Part shown: in pieces, positions 57,140-64,000 of the stretch
Layout of the letters: every line of letters starts with the position of its first letter
Position numbering within the stretch: the first letter of the stretch is position 1
NCBI RefSeq assembly: GCF_009914755.1
Contig: NC_060932.1
Source of the DNA: the human T2T-CHM13v2.0 reference genome, Homo sapiens
Direction: 5' to 3' (one strand)
Length of the DNA stretch: 64,000 nt
Notes under the pieces: model-generated
Database searches by the model: none
Told to the model about the DNA's origin: nothing
What the model saw: only the letters and a program-made list of their open reading frames with translations
Made by a program: the position numbers and the translations under genes

Positions 57140-57681
57140 GGGTCATTCCTCTACAAACCATACATTCTCATCAGATGGGTTTTATTTAACCCTATGTATT
57201 GTGACGTACTTTCCAATCTGACTCTAGCATAACATGACAAAGAAGAAAGTTAAAATATTTTAACCCAAAACATGTTTCTTTGCCATATTTTGAAATGGCC
57301 CTGCAAAGCTGTCCTTTGTGGGGGAAAATTTGTATCTGTAAAGAATCTCTATTAACAAAGCTAGATCTTTTTCTTCCAGGCCCTTCCAATCCTGAAGAGA
57401 TTAACGAAGAGTCTAGCACCTTTTAAAGATCTGAATAGGAAAATTTATCATCTATTGTCTCTAAGGGCAGCCACTATAAGACTTCAAAAGAACCTTGGTC
57501 TCCACAATCTTTTATCTTAACCTGAACATTTCCTTTCTATCATTGCAGGTCTTAGACAAATTCAACCAATTTTCAACCAGAAAATGTTTCAATTTACCTA
57601 TAGCCTGAAAGCCCCTGCTTTGAGTTGTCTTGTCTTTCTGGACCAAACCAATGTATTTCTCAAATGTATTTGATTGATGAT
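57140..57681 (+). mobile_element. MER4-family (MER4B/D-like) LTR, 3' truncated
   Basis: GAAATGGCCCTGCAAAGCTGTCCTTTGTGGGGGAAAATTTG...GCCCCTGCTTTGAGTTGTC. Confidence 0.65.
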
Positions 57682-57977
57682 GAATACATTTGACATCAAT
57701 CAAATGTTTGATTGGATCATCAATCAAAGAGTCTGACTCTTCATCGATACTCTAAAGTTAATATCAAGTCAAGCAGCTTCAGCTTTTGCAGCTTCATGAA
57801 AAGAGCAGTTTGTTCTTAGTGATTCCAAGTCAGAAGGGTTGGAAAAAAATTGGAATGTTAGTTTGGAGAGTCATAACCAGATATTGGAGGAAACTAGAAT
57901 TGGGGATCCAGTCCAGTTTGCAGGTAAATAACAAAACTTCAAAGACAATGAACAGAACTAGAATCTAGTCACAGGTG

Positions 57978-58551
57978 TGTTTGAAATGCTTGTTCCCTGG
58001 TGCTGTAAAGAAATAGCACTTGAACATAAATTTAATTTACTCAGCAAGGCCATTTGTATACTTTCTGCAGAAAGGGTACACTCGCCAGCAGTTTTGCCAT
58101 GAGAGTACACCGAACAAAGGAGTCAGGGTCATTTATAACCCGACGCATCCACCCTACTGCTGTGCCCAGTTTCCATTGGCTGCAACAGGACCTCACATTC
58201 TGTATTCTAGCAACTCAGAACTTTTTAAAAGAGGCAAAGGCAGAGGAGAACAAAGGAAGGAGGAGGTAACGTGGAATGCTGAGAAAGGTAAAAACACCTT
58301 CAAATAAGGAAGAAGAACAGGCTGTGACCTAATGCTTTCTTGGACCAGTATAAGCATGCCAGGGCAAATATTTAGGCTAAATTGTGGGAGCTAACATAAA
58401 GTACATTGATTTCTTTATTACGGCTAGCAGATATTTAAGAATGTTAGCACAGGTCTTTGAATAAATTTTGCTTCTAAGAGAAGTTACTATTTGTTCCTAA
58501 TCAGACGGGGAGGAAAGTCTTTGAAGAGGAACCTCTACTTTACTTTTTACA
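57978..58551 (-). mobile_element. LTR10C-like solo LTR
   Basis: Minus strand TGTAAAAAGTAAAGTAGAGGTTCCTCTTCAAAGACTTTCC...AAGCATTTCAAACA, flanked by GGTG on both sides. Confidence 0.8.
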
Positions 58552-58714
58552 GGTGCATAATAGTTTTTTTTACTAAAACATAATATTTCTCTCTGTCACC
58601 TCCATTTCTACCAAAGATAGTCACAGTAAAGACTAATTTGCAAAATAAGTCTAGTCTCTTTATACTTGCCCTGATTAAGTGCAACAAGAGTAGTGATTAA
58701 TCATATAGGCTCTT

Positions 58715-59644
58715 GGCCACTGCCCCATCTGGGAAGTGAGGAGCGCCTCTGCCCAGCCACCGCCCCGTCTGGGAAGTGAGGATCACCTCTGCCCAGCTGC
58801 CCACCATCTGGGATGTGAGGAGTGCCTCTGCCCAGCTGCCAACCATCTGGGAAGTGAGGAGCCCCTCTGCCCGGCTGCCAACTGTCTGGGAAGTGAGGAG
58901 CGCCTCTGCCCGGCTGCCCACTGTCTGGGAAGTGAGAAGCACCTCTCCCCGGCTGCCCAACTGACTGGGAAGTGAGGAGCACCTCTGCCCGGCCAGCCTG
59001 TCTGGGAAGTGATGAGGGCCTCTGCCTGGCCTCCCCATCTGGGATGTCAGGAGCACCACTGCCCAGCTTCCCACCGTCTGGGAAGTGAGGAGCGCCTCTG
59101 CCCAGCCGCCCAACTGTCTGGGAAGTAAGGAGCGCCTCTGCCCGGCTACCCCATCTGGGAAGTGAGGTGCCCCTCTGCCCGGCCGCCCCACAGTCTGGGA
59201 AGTGAGGAGTGCCTCTGTCCGGCTGCCCACTGTCTGGGAAGTGAGGAGCGCCTCTCCCCAGCTTCTGCCCTGTCTGGGAAGTGAGGAGCATCTCTGCCCA
59301 GCTGCCCACTGTCTGGCAAATGAGGAGTGCCTCTGCCCGGCCACCACCCCATCTGGGATGTGAGGAGCGCGTCTGCCCAGCTGCCGCCCTGTCTGGCAAG
59401 TGAAGAGCGCCGCTGCCCAGCTGCCCCACTGTCTGGGAAGTGAGGAGCACCTCTGCCCGGCCACCCCATCTGGGAAGTGAGGAGTGCCACTGCCCAGCCG
59501 TCGCCCCATCTGGGAAGTGAGGAGTGCCTCTGCCTGGCCACTGTACAACCTTCCAAGTGTGACGTGACAGCCTTGTTTGTGATCTTTTCTGTCTTCCCCA
59601 AGTTCGCATTTTCGACATTAAAGTTTACTTTTTAATTAAAAAAA
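58715..59644 (+). mobile_element. SVA2 element (SVA-type VNTR plus unique 3' end plus poly(A))
   Basis: About 21 copies of a ~39-40 bp unit TCTGGGAAGTGAGGAGCGCCTCTGCCCGGC..., then CCAAGTGTGACGTGACAGCCTTG...GCATTTTCGACATTAAAGTTTACTTTTTAATTAAA(A)n. Perfect 16-bp TSD AATCATATAGGCTCTT (58699-58714/59645-59660). No CCCTCT hexamer, Alu-like part or SINE-R. Confidence 0.85.
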
Positions 59645-60145
59645 AATCATATAGGCTCTTTTTAAGTCTGTTTTGCTGGAACTTTTAATAAGGAATCTCA
59701 GGTTAGACTTTCCAAGTCTCTCAAGAATACAAAGAGAACTTGTCTGGCTTGTTTCAACTTTGCCTGCAATATCTGTAGACTTTGATGAATTATTCTTTTC
59801 TTGATGTCCCCAATATACCTGAGGTCTGCCAGGAAGTGACCTTTCTTACTCATCTGTAAGGCAACCACATAAAGAAACCACATAAGCAAAGTATGAGGTT
59901 GGCTTTTTGGCTCCATAAAGTCAACCTTAGTTCCTTAAAACTGTCTGATCATATCGGATTATATGTTCATTTTCATATTTGATATTCCAGTCAACGTCTT
60001 AGCAATATAATCAAGGTTTTCAATTGTGTCCCTGTTATAAGGAGACTAGATTCTTACTGAATTTATGAAAATAACTATATAGTGCCAAGCATGGTGGCTC
60101 ACACCTGTAATCCCAGCACTTTGGGAGGCCGAGGCGGGTGGATCA

Positions 60146-60397
<252 letters not shown>

Positions 60398-60569
60398 CTA
60401 TATAGTCATGAGTAGTCATGAAAATAAGAATAGCCAGTAAGAGTTTCTGAATTCTACAGGGATCAGGTAGAGAAAAAAGGATAAATGTTTCAATTCTGTT
60501 TACGAAGGTATAATTTACCTGATTGCTGTAAATTTTAGTTAGCTTAAGAAAAAAAGAGAAAAGCCATTA

Positions 60570-60797
<228 letters not shown>

Positions 60798-60800
60798 CTA

Positions 60801-60944
<144 letters not shown>

Positions 60945-62705
60945 TCATCTTCATTGGGTCATCTAGTCTGATGTAATTAATTCTTGTTCTGCTTGATCTT
61001 TGGTTAGCAATTTCATGAATGAGTCAGTTTTTCCATTAGTGTTCTGGAAGTTGAACGGTATGATCTTAAAGTCATCAGGAACGTGTACTTGTCCGTTTTC
61101 TCCATGAATCTCCTTAAATACAAATGCACTTTCTTGAGGTTCCTGGGCCTACCAGGAAATGACTTTTCTTACTCATCAGCACAGCAGCCATGCAAAGAAA
61201 CCACATAAGCATGGTGGTTCATATTATAGTTGTTTGCAAAAGCTTTTAGGAATGCATCAAAATAAAACAATTAACTGTCTGTGGATGACAAAAGACTTCA
61301 AATGGTCATGGTTAAAGGATGAGAATTAATTGTAATACAATTGAGAAAAAAATTCAGTTACTTCTGTCACATACATTTTAAGATAATAACTAGAATTATA
61401 ACTGACAACATTATAACTTCATGCAATTTCTGGAACACATAAATACATACAAATATGACATAAAGAAGCTTTAGTATCACTTCTTTTTTAACAATGCTTC
61501 CCATGTAATTTAACGTACCAAATTAATTTAACAAGTTTGTTTTTATAAGAAGAAAGACAAGGCCGGGTGCAGTGGCTTATGCCTATAATCCCAGCACTTT
61601 GGGAGGCCGAGGCAGGCGGATCACGAGGTCAACCAATTGAGACCATCTTGGCCAACATGGTGAAACCCCATCTCTACTAAAAATACAAAAATTAGCTGGG
61701 TGTGGTGGCACGCGCCTGTAGTCCCAGCTACTTGGGAGGCTGAGGCAGGAGAATCTCTTGAACCCGGAGGTGGAGGTTACAGTGAGCCAAGATCGCGCCA
61801 CTGCACTCCAGCCTGGCAACAGAGCGAGACTCCATCTCAAAAAAAAAAAATTAATAATAAATAAAAAAGAAGAAAGACAAGTCCTTTGTGACTTTTTAGG
61901 GGCCTTCAGGAAAATTCCAAAGTTAGCTCAAGGTCAAAAACACTTCATGTAGAGTTTGATTTTTCAAAGTTGTCAAAAATGCCAAAAGACGGCTGGGCTC
62001 AGTGGCTCATGCCTATAATCCCAGCACTTTGGGAGGCCAAGGCAGGAGGATCACTTGAGCCCACGAGTTCGACATCAGCCTGGGCAGCATAGGAGGAGAC
62101 CTTATCTCTAAAAAAAAATTTTCAAAGGACAATTTTTTTTTTAAAAGTCAAAAGACTAAATTTTTTGATTAAACAGGATCACAGATCACTGTAAAACATT
62201 ACTCAGTTATCCATTTAACCAAAGCGCTGGAAGATTTCAGAGGTAATTACAGAAAGGTATACAGTTTTCTTTTTTTTTTTTTTAGCTTAGCTCTTTTAAC
62301 AGAGAAGACTGAGTCTTCTTAAGTAATCAAACACCTGAAAAAGACAACATGAAACACAGGAAATTATTCTGATAAGACGCAGATTTTTTTCCACCTCAGC
62401 AAATTCTAGATTTCCTACACAGATTACATAGACGGTAAAGAAAAACGTTCCACAGTATTTTATCAAGAGAAGTCCAATACTCCAATAAAACTTTGTAATT
62501 TTAAGAAAGAAGATGAAACTCTAGTTTTAGATTGTACTTTTGATATTAAGGCTCATTTTTGAGATCCTTATAATAAATTGATTCAATTTTAGCCAACTTA
62601 ATCACACAAGATTCTCTCTCTCTAACTTTCTAAATCTATTCAGGGTTTTTTTTGTTTTATTTTTGTTTTGAGACAGTCTTGCTATGTTGCCCCAGCTGGT
62701 CTTGA

Positions 62706-63012
<307 letters not shown>

Positions 63013-63305
63013 TAGCCAGGATGGTCTAGATCTCCTGACCTGGTGATCCGCCCGCCTCGGCCTCCCAAAGTGCTGGAATTACAGACTTGAGCCACCGCGC
63101 CCAGCTGCTTCATACCTTGTCTTACAGAAATCCCGTATCCTATTTTCCTTGCATACAAGTTTTGTTCTTTACACTTTCTGGTTTTCACTAGAAACTAAGC
63201 AATCATTAAGAAATTAAGCAATCATTAAGAAATTTCTAGTTTTCACTAGAAATTAAGCAATCATGAACTGTCACACTAGCATTCTGTAGACAGGCAAGTC
63301 TATGA

Positions 63306-63492
<187 letters not shown>

Positions 63493-64000
63493 TAGCTGGG
63501 ATTAAAGGCATGCACCACCATGTCTGACTAACTTTGTATTTTTAGTAGAGACAGGGTTTCTCCAGGTTGGTCAGGCTGGTCTCAAACTCCCGACCTCAGG
63601 TGATCTGCTCCCCTTGGCCTCCCAAAGTGCTGGGATTACAGGCATGAGCTACTGTGCCCAGCCTGTAGCACAGTTTTTCAATGTGGCATGGGATATGTTT
63701 ACTAACACACTCAAACATCTGGAGTCTCTTGTACTATGAAGCCAAGAGTAGACAGACCTATATTCAGCAATTAATGCTTCCATGTTTTATTATATTTGGA
63801 AAATATCTAGGTATGCAGTAAATATTTATCATTTAATTTAACTTAACTTAGCAAAACCCTGACTATAGGTTACCAAAGAGATTTGGGGAACCATTTTTAG
63901 TAGACATGTGATAAACCATAATCATTGTTAAAAGCTCATTTATATACTTTTATCCTATTTTTATAACTGCCTGACAGGTTCTTCCCGCCTGCTGCACAAA

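Noticed and set aside
58697-59618. 283- and 305-aa repetitive ORFs, and the repeat array as a possible CRISPR
   Set aside because: These are translations of the SVA2 VNTR. The units are degenerate tandem copies without unique spacers, in primate DNA with no cas genes.

Overview
Human (primate) genomic DNA, very Alu- and LTR-rich, with no protein-coding exon. I recognise it as the 5' end of PLAT (tissue plasminogen activator, 8p11.21) on the minus strand. Non-coding exon 1 lies at 11803-11985 and positions 1-11802 are intron 1. The proximal promoter (TATA, CRE-like, NF1, GC boxes) is at about 11.9-12.1 kb, and the distal multihormone enhancer (DR5 RARE, Sp1 site, GRE-like sites) is at about 19.0-19.9 kb. 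The remaining ~45 kb is upstream sequence towards IKBKB (neighbour known from recall, not visible here), made of nested transposon relics: Alu, MER1, MER44, THE1, MER4-group LTR/internal sequence, LTR8/9/10 and L1. Less obvious items read from the sequence are: (1) a highly diverged mitochondrial insertion (NUMT, 16S rRNA-ND1, possibly to ND2) at ~46.0-48.9 kb; (2) a TSD-flanked, polyadenylated processed retrocopy of an unidentified transcript at 43.5-45.9 kb carrying a 48-codon signal-peptide-like ORF; (3) a rare SVA2 VNTR element with a perfect 16-bp TSD; (4) a U13 snoRNA retrocopy; (5) several locally templated duplications. I see no convincing new biological system. The ORF-track entries are Alu/VNTR/LTR or chance frames. 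Repeat subfamily names and literature positions are from memory and need RepeatMasker/BLAST confirmation.
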